Source: Squalus acanthias
Taxonomy: Eukaryota
NCBI GenBank assembly: GCA_030390025.1
Contig: CM059432.1
Span: 123,630,001-123,694,000, forward strand
Length of the DNA stretch: 64,000 bases
Direction of reading: 5' to 3'
The notes below the pieces were generated by a model. That model was given only the letters and a program-made list of their open reading frames with translations, was not told where the DNA came from and did not search any database. Positions 48,601 through 63,600 of this stretch are shown piece after piece (position 1 is the stretch's first letter; each line of letters starts with the position of its first letter). The translations under genes and the position numbers were made by a program.

Positions 48601-51600
48601 CCGGCCCCATCACCCACCCTTCCCTGTCCCATCGCCCACCCTTCCCTGTCCCATCGCCCACCCTACCCAACCCTATCGCCCACCCTTCCCGGCCCCATCG
48701 CCCACCCTACCCGACCCCATCGCCCACCCTTCTTGGACCCATCGCCCACCCAACTCGACCCCATCGTGCACCCTACCCCACCCCATCGCCCATCCTACCC
48801 GGCCCCATCGCCCACCCTTCCCAGCCCCATCGCCCACCCTACCCGACAACATCGCCCACCCTACCCATCCCCATCGCCCACCCTACCCGGCCCCATCTCC
48901 CACTTTTCCCTGTCCCATCACCCACGCTTCCCGGCGTCATCGCCCACTGTTCCCTGTCCCATCGCCCACCCTTCCCGGCTCCATCGCCCACCCTACCCGG
49001 CCCCATCGCCCACCCTTCCCAGCCCCATCGCCCACCCTACCCGACACCATCGCCCACCCTACCCATCCCCATCGCCCACCCTACCCGGCCCCATCGCCCA
49101 CTGTTCCCTGTCCCATCGCCCACCCTTCCCGGCTCCATCGCCCACCCTACCCGGCCCCATCACCCACCCTTCCCGGCCCCATCGCCCACCCTACCCGGCC
49201 CCATCGCCCACCCTTCCCTGTCCCATCGCCCACCCTTCCCTGTCCCATCGCTCACCCTACCCATCCCCATCGCCCACGCTTCCCTGTCCCATCGCCCACC
49301 CTTCCCGGCCCCATCGCCCACCCTACCCGGCCCCATCGCCCACTGTTCCCTGTCCCATCGCACACCCTTCCCGGCTCCATCGCCCACATTACCCGGCCCC
49401 ATCGCCCACCTTACCCGGCCCCATCGCCCACCCTTCCCAGCCCCATAGCCCACTGTTCCCTGTCCCATCGCCCACCCTTCCCGGCTCCATCGCCCACCCT
49501 ACCCGGCCCCATCTCCCACCCTTCCCGGCCCCATCGCCCACCCTTCCCGGCCCGATCGCTCACCCTACCCGGCCCCATCACCCACCCTTCCCGGCCCCAT
49601 CACCCACCCTTCCCTGTCCCATCGCCCACCCTACCCTGTCCCATTGCTCACCCTACCCGGCCCCATCACCCACCATTCCCGGACCCATCACCCACCCTTC
49701 CCGACCCCATCACCCACCCTACCCGACTCCATCGCCCACCCTACCCGGTCCCATCGCCCACCCTTCCCATCCCCATCGCCCACACTACCCGGCCCCATCG
49801 CCCACCCTTCCCTGTCCCATCACCCACCCTTCCCGGCCCGATCGCTCACCCTACCCGACCCCATCACCCACCCTACCCGGCCCGATTGCTCACCCTACCC
49901 TGTCCCATCACCCACCCTTCCCTGTCCCATCACCCACCCTACCCTGTCCCATCGCTCACCCTAATCAGCCCCATCGCCCACCCTTCCCGGCCCCATCTCC
50001 CACCCTTCCCGGCCCCATCGCCCACCCTACCCGGCCCCATCGCCCACCCTTCCCTGTCCCATCGCCCACCCTTCCCTGTCCCATCGCCCACCCTACCCAA
50101 CCCTATCGCCAACCCTTCCCGGCCCCATCGCCCACCCTACCCGACCCCATCGCCCACCCTTCTTGGACCCATCGCCCACCCAACTCGACTCCATCGCCCA
50201 CCCTTCCCGGCCCCATCTCCCACCCTTCCCGGCCCCATCGCGCACCCTTCCCGACCCCATCGCCCACCCTTCTTGGACCCATCGCCCACCCAACTCGACC
50301 CCATCGCCCACCCTTCCCAGCCCCATCGCCCACCCTACCCGACAACATCGCCCACCCTACCCATCCCCATCGCCCACCCTACCCGGCCCCATCGCCCACT
50401 TTTCCCTGTCCCATCACCCACGCTTCCCGGCGTCATCGCCCACTGTTCCCTGTCCCATCGCCCACCCTTCCCGGCTCCATCGCCCACCCTACCCGGCCCC
50501 ATCGCCCACCCTTCCCAGCCCCATCGCCCACCCTACCCGGCCCCATCGCCCACTGTTCCCTGTCCCATCGCCCACCCTTCCTGGCCCCATCGCCCACCCT
50601 TCCCATCCCCATCGCCCACCCTTCCCGGCCCCATCGCCCACCCTTCCCATCCCCATCTCCCACCCTTCCCGGCCCCATCGCCCACCCTTCCCATCCCCAT
50701 CGCCCACCCTTCCTTGTCCCATCGCCCACCCTTCCCGGCCCCATCGCCCACCCTTCCCGGACCCATCGCCCACCCTACCCGGCCCCGTCGCCCACTCAAC
50801 CCGGCCCCATCGCCCACCCTTCCCTGTCCCATCGCCCACCCTTCCCATCCCCATCGCCGACCCTACCCGACCCCATCACCCACCCTTCCCGGCCCGATCG
50901 CTCACCCTACCCGACCCCATCACCCACCCTACCCGGTCCGATTGCTCACCCTACCCGGCCCCATCACCCATCTTCCCTGTCCCATCACCCACCCTTCCCT
51001 GTCCCATCGCCCACCCTACCCAGCCCCATCACCCACACTTCCCGGCCCCATCACCCACCCTTCCCTGTCCCATCGCCCACCCTACCCTGTCCCATCGCTC
51101 ACCCTACCCGGCCCCATCACCCACCCTTCCCGGACCCATCACCCACCCTTCCAGACCCCATCCCCCACCCTACTTGACTCCATCGCCCACCCTTCCCGGC
51201 CCCATCGCCCACCCTACCCGGCCCCATCGCCCACCGTACCCAGCCCCATCACCCACCCTACCCGTCCCCATCGCCCACCATACCCAGCCCCATCACCCAC
51301 CCTACCCAGCCCCATCACCCACCCTTCCCGGCCCCATCGCCCACCCTTCCCGGCCCCATCGCCCACCCTACCCGGCCCCATCGCCCACCCTTCCCGGCCC
51401 CATCACCCACTGTTCCCTGTCCCATCGCCCACCCTTCCCGGCCCCATCACCCACTGTTCCCTGTTCCATCACCCACCCTTCCCGGCCCCATCGCCCACCC
51501 TACCCGGCCCCATCGCCCACCCTTCCCGGCCCCATCACCCACTGTTCCCTGTCCCATCGCCCACCCTTCCCGGCCCGATCGCTCACCCTACCCGGCCCCA

Positions 51601-54600
51601 TCACCCACCCTTCCCTGTCCCATCGCCCATCCTACCCTGTCCCATCGCTCACCCTACCCGGCCCCATCACCCACCCTTCCCGGCCCCATCACCCACCCTT
51701 CCCTGTCCCATCGCCCACCCTACCCTGTCCCATCGCTCACCCTACCCGGCCCCATCACCCACCATTCCCTGTCCCATCGCCCACCCTTCCCTGTCCCATC
51801 GCCCACCCTTCCCTGTCCCATCGCTCACCCTACCCATCCCCATCGCCCACCCTACCCGACCCCATCGCCCACCCTTCCCGGCCCCATCGCCCACCCTACC
51901 CGACCCCATCGCCCACCCTTCTTGGACCCATCGCCCACCCAACTCGACCCCATCGCGCACCCTACCCGACTCCATTGCCCACCCAACCCGGCCCCATCGC
52001 CCACCCTTCCCAGCCCCATCGCCCACCCTACCCGGCCCCATCGCCCACCCTTCCCTGTCCCATCGCCCACCCTTCCCTGTACCATTGCCCACCCCACCCA
52101 TCCCCATCGCCCACCCTACCCGGCCCCATCGCCCACTTTTCCCTGTCCCATCGCCCACGCTTCCCGGCGCCATCGCCCACTGTTCCCTGTCCCATCGCCC
52201 ACCCTTCCCGGCTCCATCGTCCACCCTACCCGGCCCCATTGCCCACCCTTCCCAGCCCCATCGCCCACCCTACCCGACACCATCGCCCACCCTACCCATC
52301 CACATCGCCCACCCTTGCCGGCCCCATCGCCCACTGTTCCCTGTCACATCGCCCACCCTTCCCTGTCCCATCGCCCACCCTTCCCGGCCCCATCGCCCAC
52401 CCTTCCCATCCCCATCGCCCACGCTTCCCGGCCCCATCGCCCACCCTTCCCATCCCCAGCTCCCACCCTTCCCGGCCCCATTGCCCACCCTTCCCATCCC
52501 CATCACCCACCCTTCCTTGTCCCATCGCCCACCCTTCCCGGCCCCATCGCCCACCCTTCCCGGACCCATCGCCCACCCTACCCGGCCCCGTCGCCCACTC
52601 TACCCGGCCCCATCGCCCACCCTTCCCTGTCCCATCGCCCACCCTTCCCATCCCCATCGCCCACCCTACTCGACCCCATCACCCACCCTTCCCGGCCCGA
52701 TCGCTCACCCTACCTGGCCCCATCACCCACCCTACCCGGCCCGATTGCTCACCCTACCCGGCCCCATCGCCCACCCTACCCGGCCCCATCACCCACACTT
52801 CCCGGCCCCATCACCCACCCTTCCCTGTCCCATCGCCCACCCTTCCCTGTCCCATCGCCCACCCTACCCGGCCCCATCACCCACCCTTCCCGGACCCATC
52901 ACCCACCCTTCCCTGTCCCATCACCCACCCTTCCCTGTCCCATCGCCCACTCTACCCGGCCCCATCACCCACACTTCCCGGCCCCATCACCCACCCTTCC
53001 CTGTCCCATCGCCCACCCTACCCTGTCCCATCGCTCACCCTACCCGGCCCCATCACCCACCCTTCCCGGACCCATCACCCACCCTTCCCGACCCCATCAC
53101 CCACCCTACTCGAATCCATCGCCCACCTTTCCCGGCCCCATCACCCACCCTTCCCGGCCCCATTGCCCACCCTACCCGGCCCTATCGCCCACCCTTCCCT
53201 GTCCCATCGCCCACCCTTCCCATCCCCATCTCCCACCCTTCCTGGCCCCATCGCCCATCCTTCCCATCCCCATCGCCCACCCTAGCCGGCCCCATCGCCC
53301 ACCGTAACCGGCCCCATCACCTACCCTTCCCGGCCCCATCGCCCACCCTACCCAACCCCATCACCCACCCTACCCGGCCCCATCGCCCACCCAACCCGGC
53401 CCCATCGCCCACCCTTCCCATCCCCATCGCCCACCCTTCCCTGTCCCATCGCCCACCCTTCCCGGCCCCGTCGCCCACCGTACCCAGCCACATCGCCCAC
53501 CCTACCCGGCCCCATCGCCCACCCTTCCCATCCCCATCGCCCACCCTTCCCGGCCCCATCGCCCACCCTTCCCTGTCCCATCGCCCACCCTTCCCGGACC
53601 CATCGCCCACCCTTCCCTGTCCCATCGCCCACCCTACCTGGCCAAATCGCCCACCCTACCCGGCCCCATCGCCCACTCTACCCGGCCCCATCGCCCACCC
53701 TTCCCTGTCCCATCACGCACACTACCCGGCCCCATCGCCCACCCTTCCCTGTCCCATCGCCCACTCTACCCGGCCCCATCGCCCACCCTTCCCTGTCCCA
53801 TCGCCCACCCTACCCGGCCCCGTCGCCCACTCTACCCGGCCCAATCGCCCACCCTACCCGGCCCCGTCGCCCACTCTACCCGGCCCCATCGCCCACCCTA
53901 CCCGGCCCCGTCGCCCACTCTACCCGGCCCCATCGCCCACCCTTCCCGGCCCAATCGCCCACTCTACCCGGCCCCATCACCCACCCTTCCCGGCCCCATC
54001 GCCCACCCTTCCCTGTCCCATCGCCCACCCTTCCCGGACCCATCGCCCACCCTTCCCTGTCCCATCGCCCACCCTACCTGGCCAAATCGCCCACCCTACC
54101 CGGCCCCGTCGCCCACTCTACCCGGCCCCATCGCCCACCCTTCCCTGTCCCATCACGCACACTACCCGGCCCCATCGCCCACCCTTCCCTGTCCCATCGC
54201 CCACTCTACCCGGCCCCATCACCCACCCTTCCCGGACCCATCACCCACCCTTCTCGACCCCATCACCCACCCTACTCGACTCCATCGCCCACCCTACCCG
54301 GTCCCATCGCCCACCCTTCCCTGTCCCATCGCCCACCCTTCCCGGCCCCATCGCCCACCCTACCCGACCCTATCACCCACCCTTCCCGGCCCCATCGCCC
54401 ACCCTACCCGACCCCATCGCCCACCCTTCCTGGACCCATCGCCCACCCAACTCGACCCCATCGCGCACCCTACCCGACCCCATCGCCCACCCTACCCGGC
54501 CCCATCGCCCACCCTTCCCAGCCCCATCGCCCACCCTACCCGACACCATCGCCCACCCTTCCCAGCCCCATCGCCCACCCTACCCGACACCATCGCCCAC

Positions 54601-57600
54601 CCTACCCATCCCCATCGCCCACCCTACCCGGCCCCATCGCCCACTGTTCCCTGTCCAATCGCCCACCCTTCCCGGCTCCATCGCCCACCCTACCCGGCCC
54701 CATCTCCCACCCTTCCCGGCCCCATCGCCCACCCTTCCCATCCCCATCGCCCACCCTACCCGGCCCCCTCGCCCACCGTACCCAGCCCCATCACCCACCC
54801 TACCCGTCCCCATCGCCCACCATACCCAGCACCATCACCCACCCTTCCCGGCCCCATTGCCCACCCTACCCGGCCCTATCGCCCACCCTTCCCTGGCCCA
54901 TCGCCCAACCTTCCCATCCCCATCTCCCACCCTTCCTGGCCCCATCGCCCACCCTTTCCATCCCCATCGCCCACCCTACCCGGCCCCATCGCCTACCGTA
55001 ACCGGCCCCATCACCTACCCTTCCCGGCCCCATCGCCCACCCTACCCGGCCCCATCTCCCACCCTTCCCGACCCCATCGCCCACCCTTCCCGGCCCCATC
55101 GCCCACCCTACCCGACCCCATCGCCCACCCTTCTTGGACCCATCGCCCACCCAACTCGACCCCATCGCGCACCCTACCCGACTCCATTGCCCACCCAACC
55201 CGGCCCCATCGCCCACCCTTCCCAGCCCCATCGCCCACCCTACCCGGCCCCATCGCCCACCCTTCCCTGTCCCATCGCCCACCCTTCCCTGTACCATTGC
55301 CCACCCCACCCATCCCCATCGCCCACCCTACCCGGCCCCATCGCCCACTTTTCCCTGTCCCATCGCCCACGCTTCCCGGCGCCATCGCCCACTGTTCCCT
55401 GTCCCATCGCCCACCCTTCCCGGCCCCATCGTCCACCCTACCCGGCCCCATTGCCCACCCTTCCCAGCCCCATCGCCCACCCTACCCGACACCATCGCCC
55501 ACCCTACCCATCCACATCGCCCACCCTTGCCGGCCCCATCGCCCACTGTTCCCTGTCACATCGCCCACCCTTCCCTGTCCCATCGCCCACCCTTCCCGGC
55601 CCCATCGCCCACCCTTCCCATCCCCATCGCCCACGCTTCCCGGCCCCATCGCCCACCCTTCCCATCCCCAGCTCCCACCCTTCCCGGCCCCATTGCCCAC
55701 CCTTCCCATCCCCATCACCCACCCTTCCTTGTCCCATCGCCCACCCTTCCCGGCCCCATCGCCCACCCTTCCCGGACCCATCGCCCACCCTACCCGGCCC
55801 CGTCGCCCACTCTACCCGGCCCCATCGCCCACCCTTCCCTGTCCCATCGCCCACCCTTCCCATCCCCATCGCCCACCCTACTCGACCCCATCACCCACCC
55901 TTCCCGGCCCGATCGCTCACCCTACCTGGCCCCATCACCCACCCTACCCGGCCCGATTGCTCACCCTACCCGGCCCCATCGCCCACCCTACCCGGCCCCA
56001 TCACCCACACTTCCCGGCCCCATCACCCACCCTTCCCTGTCCCATCGCCCACCCTTCCCTGTCCCATCGCCCACCCTACCCGGCCCCATCACCCACCCTT
56101 CCCGGACCCATCACCCACCCTTCCCTGTCCCATCACCCACCCTTCCCTGTCCCATCGCCCACTCTACCCGGCCCCATCACCCACACTTCCCGGCCCCATC
56201 ACCCACCCTTCCCTGTCCCATCGCCCACCCTACCCTGTCCCATCGCTCACCCTACCCGGCCCCATCACCCACCCTTCCCGGACCCATCACCCACCCTTCC
56301 CGACCCCATCACCCACCCTACTCGACTCCATCGCCCACCTTTCCCGGCCCCATCACCCACCCTTCCCGGCCCCATTGCCCACCCTACCCGGCCCTATCGC
56401 CCACCCTTCCCTGTCCCATCGCCCACCCTTCCCATCCCCATCTCCCACCCTTCCTGGCCCCATCGCCCATCCTTCCCATCCCCATCGCCCACCCTAGCCG
56501 GCCCCATCGCCCACCGTAACCGGCCCCATCACCTACCCTTCCCGGCCCCATCGCCCACCCTACCCAACCCCATCACCCACCCTACCCGGCCCCATCGCCC
56601 ACCCAACCCGGCCCCATCGCCCACCCTTCCCATCCCCATCGCCCACCCTTCCCTGTCCCATCGCCCACCCTTCCCGGCCCCGTCGCCCACCGTACCCAGC
56701 CACATCGCCCACCCTACCCGGCCCCATCGCCCACCCTTCCCATCCCCATCGCCCACCCTTCCCGGCCCCATCGCCCACCCTTCCCTGTCCCATCGCCCAC
56801 CCTTCCCGGACCCATCGCCCACCCTTCCCTGTCCCATCGCCCACCCTACCTGGCCAAATCGCCCACCCTTCCCGGACCCATCGCCCACCCTTCCCTGTCC
56901 CATCACCCACCCTACCCGGCCCGATTGCTCACCCTACCCGGCCCCATCGCCCACCCTACCCGGCCCCATCACCCACACTTCCCGGCCCCATCACCCACCC
57001 TTCCCTGTCCCATCGCCCACCCTTCCCTGTCCCATCGCCCACCCTACCCGGCCCCATCACCCACCCTTCCCGGACCCATCACCCACCCTTCCCTGTCCCA
57101 TCACCCACCCTTCCCTGTCCCATCGCCCACTCTACCCGGCCCCATCACCCACACTTCCCGGCCCCATCACCCACCCTTCCCTGTCCCATCGCCCACCCTA
57201 CCCTGTCCCATCGCTCACCCTACCCGGCCCCATCACCCACCCTTCCCGGACCCATCACCCACCCTTCCCGACCCCATCACCCACCCTACTCGACTCCATC
57301 GCCCACCTTTGCCGGCCCCATCACCCACCCTTCCCGGCCCCATTGCCCACCCTACCCGGCCCTATCGCCCACCCTTCCCTGTTCCATCGCCCACCCTTCC
57401 CATCCCCATCTCCCACCCTTCCTGGCCCCATCGCCCATCCTTCCCATCCCCATCGCCCACCCTAGCCGGCCCCATCGCCCACCGTAACCGGCCCCATCAC
57501 CTACCCTTCCCGGCCCCATCGCCCACCCTACCCAACCCCATCTCCCACCCTACCCGGCCCCATCGCCCACCCTACCCGGCCCCATCGCCCACCCTTCCCA

Positions 57601-60600
57601 TCCCCATCGCCCACCCTTCCCTGTCCCATCGCCCACCCTTCCTGGCCCCGTCGCCCACCGTACCCAGCCACATCGCCCACCCTACCCGGCCCCATCGCCC
57701 ACCCTTCCCATCCCCATCGCCCACCCTTCCCGGCCCCATCGCCCACCCTTCCCTGTCCCATCGCCCACCCTTCCCGGACCCATCGCCCACCCTTCCCTGT
57801 CCCATCGCCCACCCTACCTGGCCAAATCGCCCACCCTACCCGGCCCCATCGCCCACTCTACCCGGCCCCATCGCCCACCCTTCCCTGTCCCATCACGCAC
57901 ACTACCCGGCCCCATCGCCCACCCTTCCCTGTCCCATCGCCCACTCTACCCGGCCCCATCGCCCACCCTTCCCTGTCCCATCGCCCACCCTACCCGGCCC
58001 CGTCGCCCACTCTACCCGGCCCAATCGCCCACCCTACCCGGCCCCGTCGCCCACTCTACCCGGCCCCATCGCCCACCCTACCCGGCCCCGTCGCCCACTC
58101 TACCCGGCCCCATCGCCCACCCTTCCCGGCCCAATCGCCCACTCTACCCGGCCCCATCACCCACCCTTCCCGGCCCCATCGCCCACCCTTCCCTGTCCCA
58201 TTGCCCACCCTTCCCGGACCCATCGCCCACCCTTCCCTGTCCCATCGCCCACCCTACCTGGCCAAATCGCCCACCCTACCCGGCCCCGTCGCCCACTCTA
58301 CCCGGCCCCATCGCCCACCCTTCCCTGTCCCATCACGCACACTACCCGGCCCCATCGCCCACCCTTCCCTGTCCCATCGCCCACTCTACCCGGCCCCATC
58401 ACCCACCCTTCCCGGACCCATCACCCACCCTTCTCGACCCCATCACCCACCCTACTCGACTCCATCGCCCACCCTACCCGGTCCCATCGCCCACCCTTCC
58501 CTGTCCCATCGCCCACCCTTCCCGGCCCCATCGCCCACCCTACCCGACCCTATCACCCACCCTTCCCGGCCCCATCGCCCACCCTACCCGACCCCATCGC
58601 CCACCCTTCCTGGACCCATCGCCCACCCAACTCGACCCCATCGCGCACCCTACCCGACCCCATCGCCCACCCTACCCGGCCCCATCGCCCACCCTTCCCA
58701 GCCCCATCGCCCACCCTACCCGACACCATCGCCCACCCTTCCCAGCCCCATCGCCCACCCTACCCAACACCATCGCCCACCCTACCCATCCCCATCGCCC
58801 ACCCTACCCGGCCCCATCGCCCACTGTTCCCTGTCCAATCGCCCACCCTTCCCGGCTCCATCGCCCACCCTACCCGGCCCCATCTCCCACCCTTCCCGGC
58901 CCCATCGCCCACCCTTCCAATCCCCATCGCCCACCCTACCCGGCCCCCTCGCCCACCGTACCCAGCCCCATCACCCACCCTACCCGTCCCCATCGCCCAC
59001 CATACCCAGCACCATCACCCACCCTTCCCGGCCCCATTGCCCACCCTACCCGGCCCTATCGCCCACCCTTCCCTGGCCCATCGCCCACCCTTCCCATCCC
59101 CATCTCCCACCCTTCCTGGCCCCATCGCCCACCCTTTCCATCCCCATCGCCCACCCTACCCGGCCCCATCGCCTACCGTAACCGGCCCCATCACCTACCC
59201 TTCCCGGCCCCATCGCCCACCCTACCCGGCCCCATCTCCCACCCTTCCCGGCCCCATCGCCCACCCTTCCCATCCCCATCGCCCACCCTACCCGGCCCCC
59301 TCGCCCACCGTACCCAGCCCCATCACCCACCCTACCCGTCCCCATCGCCCACCATACCCAGCACCATCACCCACCCTTCCCGGCCCCATCGCCCACCCTT
59401 CCCTGGCCCATCGCCCACCCTTCCCATCCCCATCTCCCACCCTTCCTGGCCCCATCGCCCACCCTTTCCATCCCCATCGCCCACCCTACCCGGCCCCATC
59501 GCCTACCGTAACCGGCCCCATCACCTACCCTTCCCGGCCCCATCGCCCACCCTTCCCAACCCCATCACCCACCCTACCCGGCCCCATCGCCCACCCTACC
59601 CGGCCCCATCGCCCACCCTTCCCATCCCCATTGCCCACCCTTCCCTGTCCCATCGCCCACCCTTCCCGGCCCCGTCGCCCACCGTACCCAGCCCCATCAC
59701 CCAACCTACCCCTCCCCATCGCCCACCATACCCAGCCCCATCGCCCACCCTAGCCGGCCCCATCGCCCATCCTTCCCATCCCCATCGCCAACCCTTCCCG
59801 GACCCATCGCCCACCCTTCCCTGTCCCATCGCCCACCCTACCCGGCCCCATCGCCCACCCTTCCCTGTCCCATCACCCACCCTTCCTGGACCCATCGCCC
59901 ACCCTTCCCTGTCCCATCGCCCACCCTTCCCTGTCCCATCGCCCACCCTACCCGGCCCAATCGCCCACCCTACCCGGCCCCGTCGCCCACTCTACCCGGC
60001 CCCATCGCCCACCCTACCCGGCCCCGTCGCCCACTCTACCCGGCCCCATCGCCCACCCTTCCCGGCCCAATCGCCCACTCTACCCGGCCCCATCGCCCAC
60101 TCTTCCCGGCCCCATCGCCCACTCTACCCGGCCCCATCGCCCACCCTTCCCGGCCCCATCGCCCACCCTTCCCTGTCCCATCGCCCACCCTTCCCTGTCC
60201 CATCGCCCACCCTTCCCTGTCCCATCGCCCACCCTTCCCTGTCCCATCGCCCACTCTACCCGGCCCCATCGCCCAACCTTCCCTGTCCCATCGCCCACCC
60301 TTCTCTGTCCCATCGCCCACCCTTCCCTGTCCCATCGCCCACTCTACCCGGCCCCATCGCCCACCCTTCCCTGTCCCATCGCCCACCCTTCTCTGTCCCA
60401 TCGCCCACCCTTCCCTGTCCCATCGCCCACCCTTCCCGGCCCCATCGCCCACCCTACCCGACCCCATCGCCCACCCTTCTTGGACCCATCGCCCACCCAA
60501 CTCGACCCCATCGCGCACCCTACCCGACCCCATCGCCCACCCTACCCGGCCCCATCGCCCACCCTTCCCAGCCCCATCGCCCACCCTACCCGACAACATC

Positions 60601-63600
60601 GCCCACCCTACCCATCCCCATCGCCCACCCTACCCGGCCCCATCGCCCACTTTTCCCTGTCCCATCACCCACGCTTCCCGGCGTCATCGCCCACTGTTCC
60701 CTGTCCCATCGCCCACCCTTCCCGGCTCCATCGCCCACCCTACCCGACACCATCGCCCACCCTACCCATCCCCATCGCCCACCCTACCCGGCCCCATCGC
60801 CCACTGTTCCCTGTCCCATCGCCCACCCTTCCCGGCCCCATCGCCCACCCTTCCCATCCCCATCGCCCACCCTTCCTGGCCCCATCGCCCACCCTTCCCA
60901 TCCCCATCGCCCACCCTTCCCCGCCCCATCGCCCACCCTTCCCATCCCCATCTCCCACCCTTCCCGACCCCAACGCCCACCCTTCCCATCCCCATCGCCC
61001 ACCCTTCCTTGTCCCATCGCCCACCCTTCCCGGCCCCATCGCCCACCCTTCCCGGACCCATCGCCCACCCTACCCGGCCCCGTCGCCCACTCAACCCGGC
61101 CCCATCGCCCACCCTTCCCTGTCCCATCGCCCACCCTTCCCATCCCCATCGCCCACCCTACCCGACCCCATCACCCACCCTTCCCGGCCCGATCGCTCAC
61201 CCTACCCGACCCCATCACCCACCCTACCCGGCCCGATTGCTCACCCTACCCGGCCCCATCACCCACCTTCCCTGTCCCATCACCCACCCTTCCCTGTCCC
61301 ATCGCCCACCCTACCCTGTCCCATCGCTCACCCTACCCAGCCACATCACCCACACTTCCCGGCCCCATCACCCACCCTTCCCTGTCCCATCGCCCACCCT
61401 ACCCTGTCCCATCGCTCACCCTACCCGGCCCCATCACCCACCCTTCCCGGACCCATCACCCACCCTTCCAGACCCCATCACCCACCCTACTCGACTCCAT
61501 CGCCCACCCTACCCGGCCCCATCGCCCACCGTACCCAGCCCCATCACCCACCCTACCCGTCCCCATCGCCCACCATACCCAGCCCCATCACCCACCCTAC
61601 CCAGCCCCATCACCCACCCTTCCCGGCACCATCGCCCACCCTTCCCGGCCCCATCGCCCACCCTACCCGGCCCCATCGCCCACCCTTCCCGGCCCCATCA
61701 CCCACTGTTCCCTGTCCCATCGCCCACCCTTCCCGGCCCCATCACCCACCCTACCCGGCCCCATCGCCCACCCTTCCCGGCCCCATCACCCACTGTTCCC
61801 TGTTCCATCACCCACCCTTCCCGGCCCCATCGCCCACCCTACCCGGCCCCATCGCCCACCCTTCCCGGCCCCATCACCCACTGTTCCCTGTCCCATCGCC
61901 CACCCTTCCCGGCCCGATCGCTCACCCTACCCGGCCCCATCACCCACCCTTCCCGGACCCATCACCCACCCTTCCAGACCCCATCACCCACCCTACTCGA
62001 CTCCATCGCCCACCCTTCCCGGCCCCATCGCCCACCCTTCCCATCCCCATCGCCCACCCTACCCGGCCCCATCGCCCACCCTACCCGGCCCCATCGCCCA
62101 CCCTACCCGGCCCCATCGCCCACCCTTCCCGGCCCCATCGCCCACCCTACCCGGCCCCATCGCTCACCCTACCCGGCCCCATCACCCACCCTTCCCGGCC
62201 CCATCACCCACCCTTCCCTATCCCATCGCCCACCCTACCCTGTCCCATCGCCCACCCTTCCCGGCCCCATCGCCCACCCTACCCGGCCCCATCGCTCACC
62301 CTACCCGGCCCCATCACCCACCCTTCCCGGCCCATCACCCACCCTTCCCTGTCCCATCGCCCACCCTACCCTGTACCATCGCTCACCCTACCCGGCCCCA
62401 TCACCCACCCTTCCCGGACCCATCACCCACCCTTCCCGACCCCATCACCCACCCTTCCCTGTCCCATCGCCCACCCTTCCCCGTCCCATCGCCCACCCTT
62501 CCCTGTCCCATCGCTCACCCTACCCATCCCCATCGCCCACCCTTCCCTGTCCCATCGCCCACCCTTCCCGGCCCCATCGCCCACCCTACCCGACCCCATC
62601 GCCCACCCTTCCCGGCCCGATCGCTCACCCTACCTGGCCCCATCACCCACCCTACCCGGCCCGATTGCTCACCCTACCCGGCCCCATCGCCCACCCTACC
62701 CGGCCCCATCACCCACACTTCCCGGCCCCATCACCCACCCTTCCCTGTCCCATCGCCCACCCTTCCCTGTCCCATCGCCCACCCTACCCTGTCCCATCGC
62801 TCACCCTACCCGGCCCCATCACCCACCCTTCCCGGACCCATCACCCACCCTTCCCTGTCCCATCACCCACCCTTCCCTGTCCCATCGCCCACTCTACCCG
62901 GCCCCATCACCCACACTTCCCGGCCCCATCACCCACCCTTCCCTGTCCCATCGCCCACCCTACCCTGTCCCATCGCTCACCCTACCCAGCCCCATCACCC
63001 ACCCTTCCCGGACCCATCACCCACCCTTCCCGACCCCATCACCCACCCTACTCAACTCCATCGCCCACCTTTCCCGGCCCCATCACCCACCCTTCCCGGC
63101 CCCATTGCCCACCCTACCCGGCCCTATCGCCCACCCTTCCCTGTCCCATCGCCCACCCTTCCCATCCCCATCTCCCACCCTTCCTGGCCCCATCGCCCAT
63201 CCTTCCCATCCCCATCGCCCACCCTAGCCGGCCCCATCGCCCACCGTAACCGGCCCCATCACCTACCCTTCCCGGCCCCATCGCCCACCCTACCCAACCC
63301 CATCACCCACCCTACCCGGCCCCATCGCCCACCCAACCCGGCCCCATCGCCCACCCTTCCCATCCCCATCGCCCACCCTTCCCTGTCCCATCGCCCACCC
63401 TTCCCGGCCCCGTCGCCCACCGTACCCAGCCACATCGCCCACCCTACCCGGCCCCATCGCCCACCCTTCCCATCCCCATCGCCCACCCTTCCCAGCCCCA
63501 TCGCCCACCCTTCCCTGTCCCATCGCCCACCCTTCCCGGACCCATCGCCCACCCTTCCCTGTCCCATCGCCCACCCTACCTGGCCAAATCGCCCACCCTA

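Noticed and set aside
45351..63249. Giant Pro/His-rich ORFs (up to 3273 aa) as extensin- or mucin-like genes
   Set aside because: All frames are open because of the 22-bp stop-free unit; no signal peptide, unique domain or frame preference.
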